Assembly (NCBI GenBank): GCA_022763365.1
Contig: JALEGN010000017.1
Location: 96-64,095 of the forward strand
Length of the DNA stretch: 64,000 bases
Origin: Minisyncoccota bacterium
Lineage (GTDB): Bacteria; Patescibacteriota; Minisyncoccia; Phycocordibacterales; UBA1006
Reading direction: 5' to 3'
The position numbers were made by a program, and so were the translations under genes. Positions 37,011 through 47,668 of this stretch are shown in pieces; the stretch's first letter is position 1; each line of letters opens with the position of its first letter. The notes below the pieces were generated by a model that was given only the letters and a program-made list of their open reading frames with translations, was not told the origin of the DNA and searched no databases.

Positions 37011-37643
37011 ATGGCATTAATAAATCATTTAAAATGGCGTTATGCTACAAAACAATTTGATTCATCAAAAAAACTTGATGAAGAAAATATTACAGAATTA
37101 TTAAAGGGAATGAATTTAGCACCCTCATCAATGGGATTGCAACCATTTGAATTTATTGTTGTTCAAAATGAAGAATTACGAAAACAGTTGCGTGAACACT
37201 CCTATAATCAGCCTCAAATAACTGATGCATCACACTTGATGGTGATTGCAGCTAAAACAACTATTTCTAAAAAATACGTTGAGGATTTTATATCACGTAC
37301 TGCCCAATTGCGTGGGGTGTCAATTGAGAGCCTTCAAGGTTATCAAGATATGATTATGGGATTCCTTGATGGAAAAACTGATGATGAGATTTTTACTTGG
37401 AATCAAAAACAGTGTTATATCGTTTTAGGTATCCTCTTGTCACTATGTGCTGAAATGAAAATTGATGCTTGTCCTATGGAAGGATTTATCCCTGAAAAAT
37501 ATAATGAAATCCTTGAATTGCATGAAGATAATCTTCATGCAACGGTAATTGTAGCTTTAGGCTATAGATCAGAGAATGATGATTATGCAGATCTAGAAAA
37601 AACACGTCATCATCTAGATGAAATAACTTCATTGCGATATTAA
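37011..37643 (+). CDS. Nitroreductase (NfsB-like)
   Basis: WRYATKQFD, APSSMGLQP, IDACPMEGF. Confidence 0.9.
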   Translation: MALINHLKWRYATKQFDSSKKLDEENITELLKGMNLAPSSMGLQPFEFIVVQNEELRKQLREHSYNQPQITDASHLMVIAAKTTISKKYVEDFISRTAQLRGVSIESLQGYQDMIMGFLDGKTDDEIFTWNQKQCYIVLGILLSLCAEMKIDACPMEGFIPEKYNEILELHEDNLHATVIVALGYRSENDDYADLEKTRHHLDEITSLRY

Positions 37644-37752
37644 GCCCTTTAAGGGTTTTTATTTGATTCAATTTCTTTTTTATAAATTTTTTAATATTAG
37701 TTATTATCAAATAAAACTTGATTCTTTGATACTATTCTTGTACAAAGATACT

Positions 37753-38301
37753 ATGTCATTTATTAAAAAACAGTGGTTACCATTATTCATCCTTGCACTT
37801 GTGATTTTATCTTTAGTCCTAAATTATGTTGTTCAGTCAAAAAGCTCAAGCGAAGAAGATGTTCTTACAAATAACGAACAAACATTTTGTTACCTTTATG
37901 AAGGAGTTTCAGATGTTCAAACCCCTGAGGGAGAATTTGAAATCAATCGAGAGTATATTACGATGAGTGTTAACGAACATGGTGTTACAACCGGTCAGCA
38001 CTTAATCTTACCGTATGGAATCGATACTAATCGAGCAAGCTTCTATGGAATTATTATTGATGGTTTCGCGAATGTGGTTGCAACAGCAACCGCAGAAGGT
38101 ATGACTTGGCAAGAACAACGTCTCTATAAAATAACTGATGATAAATTATATGTTGGATATCAAGAAGTATTCATTCCTCAGTATCAACATGAAAATGGTG
38201 TCTATATGTATGAAGATATCAATAATATTAACTTCGAAACAGAAGACTTTTATTTAAATAAGGTAGCTTGCGATTCTGTTGATCAAAACATACTTCTATA
38301 G
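37753..38301 (+). CDS. Hypothetical membrane-anchored protein
   Basis: TM segment after ATG 37753; the upstream extension overlaps a terminator. Confidence 0.6.
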   Translation: MSFIKKQWLPLFILALVILSLVLNYVVQSKSSSEEDVLTNNEQTFCYLYEGVSDVQTPEGEFEINREYITMSVNEHGVTTGQHLILPYGIDTNRASFYGIIIDGFANVVATATAEGMTWQEQRLYKITDDKLYVGYQEVFIPQYQHENGVYMYEDINNINFETEDFYLNKVACDSVDQNILL

Positions 38302-38335
38302 TGTGTTTTTCTTTTGCTCCTTGTATACTAATCTT

Positions 38336-38842
38336 ATGAAGAGTGAAAGAACACTTACCTTATTAGGAATCGGTGGATTAGTACTATTTAATTTCTGGTT
38401 TTTATTTACAGACGCACAGCCATGGATTATTAATTCAATCAATATTCTTTTCCATGAGGCGGGGCATTGGATATTTTTTATTTTTGGACAATTTTTATAT
38501 GTCCTTGGGGGAACCCTTGGAGAGATTCTCATGCCAACTATTTTTATTATTTCATTTTGGATGAAAGATAATATTCCTGGTCAAGCTTTTTCATGGTGGT
38601 GGCTCTCGACCGCTTTTTATAGTGTTAGTATCTACGTATCAGATGCTCGGGCGCAAAGACTTGAACTTATTGGTGGCCCAGGTGGTCATGATTGGTTTTA
38701 TTTATTGGGACAAACTCGCCTCCTTGATTATGATATTTTTATTGGAAGAATTTTTGTATTCCTGTCATTATTAGCAACTTTATATGTTGCTTGGCTAGGA
38801 TATAGATACTGGCAGCTAGGAAAAGGAAAAATTATTTCATAA
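38336..38842 (+). CDS. Membrane protein with HExxH (M50-like metalloprotease)
   Basis: FHEAGH, GGTLGE, HDW; TATACT-N6-ATG. Confidence 0.7.
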   Translation: MKSERTLTLLGIGGLVLFNFWFLFTDAQPWIINSINILFHEAGHWIFFIFGQFLYVLGGTLGEILMPTIFIISFWMKDNIPGQAFSWWWLSTAFYSVSIYVSDARAQRLELIGGPGGHDWFYLLGQTRLLDYDIFIGRIFVFLSLLATLYVAWLGYRYWQLGKGKIIS

Positions 38843-38881
38843 CAAACCTTAAGGGTTTTTTCTTTTAGTTAAATATGTACA

Positions 38882-40351
38882 ATGACAAGCATGTCACATA
38901 ATGGATCTATACTACGTTTTGAAGACGTAACCTTTAAATATTCAGCGGTACATACTATTTTAGATGAAGTAAATTTCTCCATTCGGCGTGGAGCAAAAAT
39001 TACTTTGATGGGTCAAAATGGTGCGGGAAAATCATCTCTATTTAAAATGATTTTAGGTGAGCTTGAATTAACCGATGGTGATATTCATATTGCTCATAAG
39101 GCAAAAATTGCGATCGCACGGCAAATTATCCCACACGAACAATGGGAAATGACTCTGCGAGAATATTTTCAATCGCAATTTGAAGAAACCGTTTACAATA
39201 TTGATCCACGAATTGATGAGGTACTTGAGATAGTAAATCTCAAAGCCAACAAAGAAAAACATATTTATGATTTCTCAGGTGGTCAGCAAGCACGAATTCT
39301 ATTAGCTTCAGCTTTGATTCAGAATCCAGATATTCTCCTCTTGGATGAGCCAACGAATAATCTTGATACTGATGGTATTGAACACTTAACAGAGTTTTTG
39401 AAAAATTATAATAAGACAGTCATTGTTATTTCCCACGATGCTGAATTTTTGAATGCTTTTTCAACGGGAGTTTTATATCTTGATGTGCGTACACAAAAAA
39501 TGGAACAATATACGGGAAATTATCATGACGTGGTAGAACAAATTGGTGCTCGAGTTATTAAAGAAAAATCTAAAAATGCACGATTGGAAAAATCGATTCA
39601 GGATAAAAAAGATAAGGCAAACTATTTTGCGAAAAAAGGAGGTCGTTTGAGAGCTTTGGCAAAACAAATGCGTGAAGATGTAGCAGATTTTGAGGATAAC
39701 AAGGTTGATGTACGAAAAGAAGATAAGACTATTCGTAATTTCATCATTCCACATCAAAAAGAAATCACCGGAGATTTAATGACGATATCTTCGTATACGC
39801 GAATGAACGCAAAAGGAAAAGAAGAACGACGAGAAACTGATATTCACATTCGAAAAAACCATCACTTGCGTATTATTGGGCCCAATGGAATAGGGAAGAC
39901 AACACTCCTTGAGAAAATGGCGAAAGATAATGATGAGGGAGTTTCAACGCATAGTGAAGTCCGCATTGGATATTATCGTCAAGATTTCAGAGGTCTTGAT
40001 TTTGAAAAAACGGTTTACCAAGAATTAGCTTCAGTTATGCCAATTGTTGATGAGCAAAAATTACGCTCGGTTGCGGCTGGTTTCTTGATTACTTCAGAGC
40101 TAATTAATAACAAAATTGGGACCTTATCTGAAGGTCAAAAAGGTCTTGTTGCTTTTGCTCAATTGGTACTTCTTGAGCCTGGATTACTGGTACTAGATGA
40201 ACCAACTAATCATATTAATTTCAGGCATTTACCAGTTATTGCACAGGCATTACATGATTATGAAGGAGGAATGATTGTGATAAGTCATGACGAGGAGTTT
40301 ATGGAAGACATTAGAATTGATGAAATATTTGATCTTGGAAAGCAAAAATAA
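38882..40351 (+). CDS. ABC-F family ATPase
   Basis: Two ATPase domains (GQNGAGKS, GPNGIGKT, LDEPTN twice), no TM segments. Confidence 0.9.
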   Translation: MTSMSHNGSILRFEDVTFKYSAVHTILDEVNFSIRRGAKITLMGQNGAGKSSLFKMILGELELTDGDIHIAHKAKIAIARQIIPHEQWEMTLREYFQSQFEETVYNIDPRIDEVLEIVNLKANKEKHIYDFSGGQQARILLASALIQNPDILLLDEPTNNLDTDGIEHLTEFLKNYNKTVIVISHDAEFLNAFSTGVLYLDVRTQKMEQYTGNYHDVVEQIGARVIKEKSKNARLEKSIQDKKDKANYFAKKGGRLRALAKQMREDVADFEDNKVDVRKEDKTIRNFIIPHQKEITGDLMTISSYTRMNAKGKEERRETDIHIRKNHHLRIIGPNGIGKTTLLEKMAKDNDEGVSTHSEVRIGYYRQDFRGLDFEKTVYQELASVMPIVDEQKLRSVAAGFLITSELINNKIGTLSEGQKGLVAFAQLVLLEPGLLVLDEPTNHINFRHLPVIAQALHDYEGGMIVISHDEEFMEDIRIDEIFDLGKQK

Positions 40352-40424
40352 TCCTATCGGATTATTTTTTATTGTAATTCATAATTTATGTGTTTTAATG
40401 AATAAGAATCAAACAACTTATTAT

Positions 40425-41105
40425 ATGAAAAACTATTTAGAAATTGCAGAGTCGTATAAACCATATTACGATGGGCAAGAAAAATATTATCATAATTTTC
40501 TTCATGCTATATGGACTGTTATTAAGGGTCTTGATGTTATGAAAAGTTTTGGTTTATCTGAGAGGTTAAAAGTCATTTATGCTCATGCAATGAGTCTTCA
40601 TGATGCAGGTCATTCAAACGGTGAATTTGAACATGATATAGATAACGTTAAAAAAGCATTAATAATTTTTGAGCGTTATTGTAAATTACCAAAAGAGTCC
40701 GTTGATTGGAAAATGGCAAGAACTATTATATTGGCGACTGCTGCTCCGTATGAAAAATATCAGAGTCTTGAAGAGATTGTGTATTATTCTGGTGTGCCAG
40801 AAGAGGAATTTACCAATCTTCAATTACTTATAGAAATAGCTCGTGATGTCGATCATATTGGGATTATTGGTATTCAGAACAAGGATAAGCGAAACCAAGC
40901 CCTTGTAGGTTTGATGAGAGAGTTACTCAAAAGACATTCCAAGAAGAACTTAACAGGTTTTATTGAGCAGGGAACTAAACACTTTTTTGACGGCATACAT
41001 TTCTATACCGACTATATGAAAGAGTGGGCAGAAGAAAATTTAGAGGAAGCCAAAAAATGGCAATTAGATTTTTCAAAAGAAGCTATAGAATTAGCTAGTA
41101 AATAA
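40425..41105 (+). CDS. HD-domain protein
   Basis: YHNFLHA...LHDAGH...RDVD; start uncertain (40398 or 40425). Confidence 0.7.
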   Translation: MKNYLEIAESYKPYYDGQEKYYHNFLHAIWTVIKGLDVMKSFGLSERLKVIYAHAMSLHDAGHSNGEFEHDIDNVKKALIIFERYCKLPKESVDWKMARTIILATAAPYEKYQSLEEIVYYSGVPEEEFTNLQLLIEIARDVDHIGIIGIQNKDKRNQALVGLMRELLKRHSKKNLTGFIEQGTKHFFDGIHFYTDYMKEWAEENLEEAKKWQLDFSKEAIELASK

Positions 41106-41165
41106 AAGATGAGCTGCAGATGCAGCTCTTTTTGTTTAGAAAATGTGTGGTACATTAGTTTCATT

Positions 41166-42959
41166 ATGGAAATGCGAAATATTGCTATTATTGCCCATGT
41201 TGACCATGGGAAAACAACACTCACCGATGCTATTTTGGAACAAACCGGAATGGTTGAGCGTGGAGTATCAATGGACTCAAATGATCTTGAAAAAGAGCGA
41301 GGGATTACTATTTATGCCAAAAATACTTCAGTTGAATACAAAGGAACGAAAATTAACATCCTCGATACACCAGGTCACGCAGACTTCGGATCAGAGGTAG
41401 AACGGGTTTTGCGTTCTATTGATTCAGTACTATTGATTGTAGATGCAGCCGAAGGGCCAATGCCACAAACAAAGTTTGTATTGAAAAAATCACTTGAGCT
41501 TGGTCTTAAGCCAATTTTAGTTTTGAACAAAATTGATAAACCAGCAGCAGATGTTGAAAAGGCACAAGAAGATGTTTATGAACTTTTCCTTGATCTAGGA
41601 GCTAATGATGAACAATTAGATTTTAAAACAGTCTATGCTATTGGGCGTGATGGTGTTGCAGCATTGTCGATGGATGAAGAAATGAAAGATCTAACGCCAT
41701 TATTGGATTTGGTATTGGGGGAAGTTCCAAATGTTGGAACAGCTGACCGAATCGAAAAGGAATTACAAGGACAGGTCTTTAACTTGGCTTATGATAATTT
41801 CTTAGGACGTATGGGAATTGCTCGAATTTATGAGGGAACTATTAAAAACGGACAAAATATCTTCTTAAAAACAAGCGAAGGAACCATTAAAGGGCGAATT
41901 GCAAAACTCTTCTCATTTAAGGGATTACAACGTATTGAGGTGGATGAAGCTACTGCTGGGGATATTGTGATGATTGCAGGACTTCCTGAAATTTTTATTG
42001 GGCAAACCATATTGCCTGAGGATACTGATAATTTACTTCCAGCCATTTCTGTTGATGAACCAACTATTTCGATGAATATGTTTGTAAATGACTCACCATT
42101 TTCAGGAAAGGTTGGTAAATATTTAACTTCACGACAAATTTTAGATCGTTTAGAAAAAGAACTTGAGGTAAATGTTGGATTAAAAATTGATACTACTGAT
42201 GGCTCAAAATTCAAGGTCTTTGGGCGAGGAGAATTACATATTGCAGTACTTATTGAAAATATGCGCCGAGAAGGTTTTGAGCTAGCGGTATCTCAACCAG
42301 AAGTTATCGTTAAAGAAATTGATGGTCAGAAACACGAGCCTTTTGAAGAAGTTACTATTTTAGTTCCTGAAGAATTCTCAGGTTCAGTTATTGAAAAACT
42401 TGGAAAACGAAAAGGTATCATGAATGATATGCAGGTTGATAATGGCCAAACACGTATGGTGTTTTCTGTTCCAACACGTGGACTTCTTGGATATCGAAAT
42501 GAATTTATTGTTGATACCAAAGGTGAAGGAATTTTGACGACTATTTTTGAAGCTTTTAAACCTCATGCAGGAGATATTCAGAAAACAGAAGTTGGTTCAA
42601 TGGTATCAATGGCAACAGGGAAGGCATTAGGATTCTCACTAGCAAATCTTCAAGAACGTGGAACTTTATATATCGGCCCAGCTGAAGAAGTTTATGAAGG
42701 AATGGTTATTGGGAATACTGTTAAGGGTGCTGACATGGATGTTAATCCAACCAAAGGTAAACAATTAACCAACATGCGTGCCTCTGGATCAGATGAAAAT
42801 ATTAAAATGACTCCGCCTCTTGATCTTTCCCTTGAAATGGCTATGGGATTGATGCGTGAAGATGAATACTTAGAGGTAACACCAGACGCTATTCGATTGC
42901 GAAAACAATATTTGAAAGAATCAGACCGCGCACGTATGCGACGACAAGCAAAAAAATAA
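41166..42959 (+). CDS. typA: Translational GTPase TypA/BipA
   Basis: RNIAIIAHVDHGKTTL, ERGITI, GRGELH, KQLTNMRASG. Confidence 0.96.
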   Translation: MEMRNIAIIAHVDHGKTTLTDAILEQTGMVERGVSMDSNDLEKERGITIYAKNTSVEYKGTKINILDTPGHADFGSEVERVLRSIDSVLLIVDAAEGPMPQTKFVLKKSLELGLKPILVLNKIDKPAADVEKAQEDVYELFLDLGANDEQLDFKTVYAIGRDGVAALSMDEEMKDLTPLLDLVLGEVPNVGTADRIEKELQGQVFNLAYDNFLGRMGIARIYEGTIKNGQNIFLKTSEGTIKGRIAKLFSFKGLQRIEVDEATAGDIVMIAGLPEIFIGQTILPEDTDNLLPAISVDEPTISMNMFVNDSPFSGKVGKYLTSRQILDRLEKELEVNVGLKIDTTDGSKFKVFGRGELHIAVLIENMRREGFELAVSQPEVIVKEIDGQKHEPFEEVTILVPEEFSGSVIEKLGKRKGIMNDMQVDNGQTRMVFSVPTRGLLGYRNEFIVDTKGEGILTTIFEAFKPHAGDIQKTEVGSMVSMATGKALGFSLANLQERGTLYIGPAEEVYEGMVIGNTVKGADMDVNPTKGKQLTNMRASGSDENIKMTPPLDLSLEMAMGLMREDEYLEVTPDAIRLRKQYLKESDRARMRRQAKK

Positions 42960-43019
42960 CACCAAATATGGTGTTATTTTTTATTTATGTTTTAATTTAA
43001 ATAAATTAAAAGAATTATT

Positions 43020-43367
43020 ATGCCAAAAGTTAATATTTATTTCAAAGACCTTTTTCAGGAAAAAGATGAAGATATTCTTATTGAATTATTACAAGAATCT
43101 TTATCTGAGGTTCTTAGTTTTCATGAAAAAGTACTTCATAAAAATGACTTCAGTTTTCGTCTGCACCAAATTCAAAGAACACTACATCATGATATTGAGA
43201 TTGAATTATGTGTACATGCCTACAAACAAAGGTTAGAAAAAGACCAGCAGGAAGATTTACTTGCTCAGGCTGTGGTAAAATCTTTGAAAAAATTTCAAGA
43301 TACTCATAAAAATATTTCTTATGATGTTCATATTAATTTAGGGTATATTTCGTATGCTCAATCCTAA
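43020..43367 (+). CDS. Hypothetical protein (possible tautomerase-like fold)
   Basis: N-terminal MP; 115 aa. Confidence 0.5.
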   Translation: MPKVNIYFKDLFQEKDEDILIELLQESLSEVLSFHEKVLHKNDFSFRLHQIQRTLHHDIEIELCVHAYKQRLEKDQQEDLLAQAVVKSLKKFQDTHKNISYDVHINLGYISYAQS

Positions 43368-43439
43368 TATATATTAACCACCAATACCTTAGGTGGTTTT
43401 TTGATTTCAAAATATTCTCGTGTACACTAAAGGTAACTC

Positions 43440-45110
43440 ATGGAGCGTATTATGAAACTCTTTAATAGAGAATTTTCAAAAATTTCCGAGGCAGCTATGG
43501 TCCTTGGTTTTTTTACGTTCATGTCACAAATTTTGGCTATTTTCAGGGATCGATTTTTAGCTGGAAGTATTGGAGCAGGGAGTACCTTGGACGTCTATTA
43601 TGCAGCCTTTAGAATTCCTGATTTATTGTTTACCCTTGGAGCGTCCTTAGTGTCAGTGTCGATTCTTATGCCATTTTTCAAGTCTAAATTGAAAGAATCT
43701 CAAGCAACAGGTAAACAATTTATTCATGAAATATTTACCGTATTTTTTATTTTTATTACTTTTGCGGCATTAATTACCATAATTCTTATGCCGTTTTTGG
43801 CTGAATATCTTTTCCCAGGATTTAATCCGGTTGAAATGAAAGAAGTCATTCTGCTTTCGCGTGTGATGTTGCTCTCTCCCGTTCTCTTAGGAGTTTCAAA
43901 TCTCTTTGCCACCATCACGCAAGCTTTCAAAAAGTTTTTTGTATATGCACTATCACCAGTATTCTATAATCTAGGAATTATTATTGGTATTGTTATTTTC
44001 TACCCAATTTTCGGTATTATTGGTTTGGGGTATGGAGTAATTCTAGGTGCAGCCTTGCATATGGGGATTCAATTACCAGTAGTTCTAAAACAAGGGTTTA
44101 AACCATCTTTTACCCGCTTTATTGATTGGCAACATATTAAAGAAGTAGTTAAGCATTCACTTCCACGTACGATTACTTTATCAATGTCAAAAATTGTTTT
44201 CTTAATTTTTGTATCAATCGCATCAGCTCTTGTTTCAGGAAGTATTTCAGTGTTTTCATTAGCGTACAACCTGCAGTCAGTGCCTTTAGCAATCATTGGA
44301 GTTTCCTATTCGGTAGCTGCCTTTCCAGTATTAGTTGATTACTATAATTCTGATAATCATCGTAAATTTATGACTCATGTTATGGGTCCTGTTAGGCAAA
44401 TTGTATTTTGGTCACTGCCCGTTATTGCTTTATTTGTAATCTTGCGAGCTCAAATTGTACGAGTTATTTTAGGAACAGGAAACTTTGATTGGAGCGATAC
44501 CAGATTAACGGCTGCGGCACTGGCATTGTTTATTATTTCAGTTGTGGCGCAAAGTATTATTCTTCTTCTTATCCGCGCGTACTATGCAGCAGGGAAGACA
44601 TGGAAGCCCTTATGGATTACCCTAGTATCTTCAATTCTGACGATTGTTTTGGGATATATTTTGGTGACAGCGTATAATAGCCTTCCTCTTATGAAAGCAT
44701 TTTTTGAAAGTTTCTTACGGATTAGTAGTGTTCAAGGTTCGAGTGTTATTATGTTGCCACTAGCGTATTCAATTGGAATGTTTATTAATTTGATACTTCT
44801 TTGGCAAGGATTTAAGCGAGATTTCAAAATAGATAAAAATTACGGTGTTAAAAAATCCATGGTTCAATCACTAGCGACATCGACTATCATGGCAATCGTT
44901 GCCTATTATGGACTTAAATTCTTTGATCCTTATTTCAGCCAAGAAACGGTTATTGGTGTCTTTGGGCATGGACTCCTTTCAGGTCTTCTGGCAATTATTA
45001 TAGCGATTATTTTCCTAAGAGCTATCAAGAATGAAGAATTTAGTATTTTTTCTCGAGCAATTAAAAAGAAATTATGGAAAACTAAATTAGATGCACATAG
45101 TGATATGTAG
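43440..45110 (+). CDS. murJ: Lipid II flippase MurJ (MviN)
   Basis: RD...YYAAFRIPD, PVFYNLGII, many TM segments. Confidence 0.92.
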   Translation: MERIMKLFNREFSKISEAAMVLGFFTFMSQILAIFRDRFLAGSIGAGSTLDVYYAAFRIPDLLFTLGASLVSVSILMPFFKSKLKESQATGKQFIHEIFTVFFIFITFAALITIILMPFLAEYLFPGFNPVEMKEVILLSRVMLLSPVLLGVSNLFATITQAFKKFFVYALSPVFYNLGIIIGIVIFYPIFGIIGLGYGVILGAALHMGIQLPVVLKQGFKPSFTRFIDWQHIKEVVKHSLPRTITLSMSKIVFLIFVSIASALVSGSISVFSLAYNLQSVPLAIIGVSYSVAAFPVLVDYYNSDNHRKFMTHVMGPVRQIVFWSLPVIALFVILRAQIVRVILGTGNFDWSDTRLTAAALALFIISVVAQSIILLLIRAYYAAGKTWKPLWITLVSSILTIVLGYILVTAYNSLPLMKAFFESFLRISSVQGSSVIMLPLAYSIGMFINLILLWQGFKRDFKIDKNYGVKKSMVQSLATSTIMAIVAYYGLKFFDPYFSQETVIGVFGHGLLSGLLAIIIAIIFLRAIKNEEFSIFSRAIKKKLWKTKLDAHSDM

Positions 45111-45216
45111 TATCTTTTTTATTTACAAAATTTAAATAAGTTATTTAATAAAATTTATTGTAATACTTTGAACTTAGTAACGTTATATACTATGAATAAC
45201 TCATTAAATTAACATT

Positions 45217-46968
45217 ATGAAAAAAACAATTACTGTTCTGTCATTTATGTGGCAGGAACTTAAAAAGTACACATGGTATATTATTGCCACCTTTGTCCTC
45301 TATGGTATTTTTGTTGCCATTGGAGATGCACTGGTACCCTTATATATAAAGCGCGTTACCAACGCTCTTGAGGCTGCATCCTATAATAATGCATTTATTG
45401 CCGTTGGGTGGCTTATTGGACTCTACGTTATTCAAAGGGTCTGCCTCTTTGTTTCTATACGTATTCTTTCATACTTTGAATCGTTAACTTCTCGTGATCT
45501 TAATACACGATCTATGAAAAGTTTCTTAAGTCACTCGTATAATTTCTATACACAACGATTTACTGGTTCACTCGTTGAAAAGTCAAAGCGTATAGGAAAC
45601 AGTGTTATTGCTGTTGTTGATATTCTTTTATTTAATTTTTTCGGTTTAATTATCTCGATTGGGAGTATTCTCACCTTGTTATTTATTGAAAACGTAAGTT
45701 TAGGGTTCACGTTTGTTGGATTTCTTATTCTCTATGTTTTAATTGTACGTTGGATGGGCAAAAAAATGTCACCAATTTATGAAGACCGTTCAGCTGCAAA
45801 GACAAAATTTAACGCAGTTATTTCTGATATTTTTACAAATATTCAAACAGTATTAGCTTTTGGTTCGCGTGATAGAGAAATCGAAAAATTTGAAAATTCT
45901 AATGAAAATTTTCATCAAAAACGTTACCGAGCATGGAAAATGGCAGTAAATTACCAAGATGGTATTGGTTTTTTACCACCGCTTTTCACTGGTATGGTTA
46001 CCTTGTATGCAATATATTTGGCATCGGTAGGTTCATTATCGGTTGGATCGGTAGTACTCGTTTTTATTCTTGGAAATAATTTCAGTAATCAAATATGGAG
46101 AATTAATAGATCAGTCAAAGATTTTGTGTCTCATATTTCTGATTGCGTAGAGGCAATAGAATTAATTGAACATCCACAAGAAATAACTGATGAAGATTCC
46201 GCTCGAAGCAATTTTGTACCAAAATCAGGTGAGGTAGTTATGAATAACATATCTTTTACCTATCCTGATGGCGATGCTGTTTTTAAGAATTTCAATCTTC
46301 ATATTCCTGATAAACAATCAGTAGGAATTGTGGGAAAATCTGGTTCTGGAAAAACAACAATTACCAAATTATTGTTACGACTCTACGATACAAATAAAGG
46401 TAGTATCCTTTATGGTGATACCAATATCAAAGAGCTTAAACAAAAAGAGCTGAAGCAAGCCATTGCATACGTTCCGCAAGATACTATTTTGTTCCACAGA
46501 ACCATCTATGAAAATATTGCGTATGGTAATCCTGATGCAAGTAACGATGAAGTATATGCTGCTGCCGAGGCTGCCCATGTTGATGAATTCGTAAAAGAAT
46601 TTACTGACGGTTACCAAACCATGGTTGGCGAGCGAGGTATTAAACTTTCTGGAGGACAAAGACAACGTATTGGTATTGCTAGAGCTATGCTTAAAAAGGA
46701 TGCTCCATTATTAATCATGGACGAAGCAACAAGTTCACTCGATACACTTTCAGAGCAATATATCCAAGATTCTTTTGAGGATTTATCTGAAAACAGAACA
46801 ACTATTGTTATTGCTCACCGACTTTCTACCATTCAAAAAATGGATAGAATTATTGTCCTTGAAAATGGAAAAATCGTTGAAGATGGAAACCATTTTGAAT
46901 TATTGGAAAAGAATGGTTATTACGCAGAGTTGTGGAATTCGCAAAAATCAGAACTTATAATTACATAA
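45217..46968 (+). CDS. ABC exporter, fused permease/ATPase
   Basis: 6-TM N-terminus; GKSGSGKT, LSGGQRQR, MDEATSSLD. Confidence 0.92.
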   Translation: MKKTITVLSFMWQELKKYTWYIIATFVLYGIFVAIGDALVPLYIKRVTNALEAASYNNAFIAVGWLIGLYVIQRVCLFVSIRILSYFESLTSRDLNTRSMKSFLSHSYNFYTQRFTGSLVEKSKRIGNSVIAVVDILLFNFFGLIISIGSILTLLFIENVSLGFTFVGFLILYVLIVRWMGKKMSPIYEDRSAAKTKFNAVISDIFTNIQTVLAFGSRDREIEKFENSNENFHQKRYRAWKMAVNYQDGIGFLPPLFTGMVTLYAIYLASVGSLSVGSVVLVFILGNNFSNQIWRINRSVKDFVSHISDCVEAIELIEHPQEITDEDSARSNFVPKSGEVVMNNISFTYPDGDAVFKNFNLHIPDKQSVGIVGKSGSGKTTITKLLLRLYDTNKGSILYGDTNIKELKQKELKQAIAYVPQDTILFHRTIYENIAYGNPDASNDEVYAAAEAAHVDEFVKEFTDGYQTMVGERGIKLSGGQRQRIGIARAMLKKDAPLLIMDEATSSLDTLSEQYIQDSFEDLSENRTTIVIAHRLSTIQKMDRIIVLENGKIVEDGNHFELLEKNGYYAELWNSQKSELIIT

Positions 46969-46982
46969 ACAAAAAGCCTAGG

Positions 46983-47555
46983 TTAGGCTTTTTTTAATTG
47001 AATTCCTTTATATAGTTCGTCTTGCCATTTTTTAAGTTCATCCCAATTTCCTTGGTCTGCCATGTTGGCTTGTTGTGGCCACGTTTCAGGATCGTGGAGA
47101 GTAAATTGCTTACCGGCACGCTCGAGCATATGGCTAATGTTTGAGGCTGGTGTAGCCGCCAATTCTCGCCAGGTATAAATTCCTTGATTATTAAGGATTT
47201 CCTCAATTTTAGGCCCAATACCTTCTACGACCTGAAGATCATCTTTGGTAGAGAGAATTTCTTTTCGCATTTGCCGTGCTTGTTCATTTTTTTGAACCTT
47301 ATGAATAACCTGTGGTTGTCGAGGTTGAGGACGAGGTACTGGGGTAACGTTTACAACTTCGGGTACATATTCAACGTAACCATAGTTTTTCTTTAAACGT
47401 CGTCTTCGCGGTAGTTTGTAGTGATGAAAACGCCGCAACCAATATTTATAACCGCGTAGTCCATAAATAACCCATCCGAGGCACATCGCAGCAAAAAGGA
47501 GTACTGCGAGCGAGAGTGGGCTAAGAGTAATAATTGTTTGAGTTAACCATTCCAT
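46983..47555 (-). CDS. Membrane-anchored helix-hairpin-helix (DUF4332-like) protein
   Basis: DDLQVVEGIGPKIE...PETWPQQA...GNWDEL. Confidence 0.75.
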   Translation of the reverse strand: MEWLTQTIITLSPLSLAVLLFAAMCLGWVIYGLRGYKYWLRRFHHYKLPRRRRLKKNYGYVEYVPEVVNVTPVPRPQPRQPQVIHKVQKNEQARQMRKEILSTKDDLQVVEGIGPKIEEILNNQGIYTWRELAATPASNISHMLERAGKQFTLHDPETWPQQANMADQGNWDELKKWQDELYKGIQLKKA

Positions 47556-47668
47556 AATATTTTTAATATACTGATTTAAATACTTTTGTAAAGTATTTTG
47601 GAACGAAATATGTTAAAATAGTTATTATATTCCTTTATACTTTTTGTTCTTTTGCTAGAATATGGTCC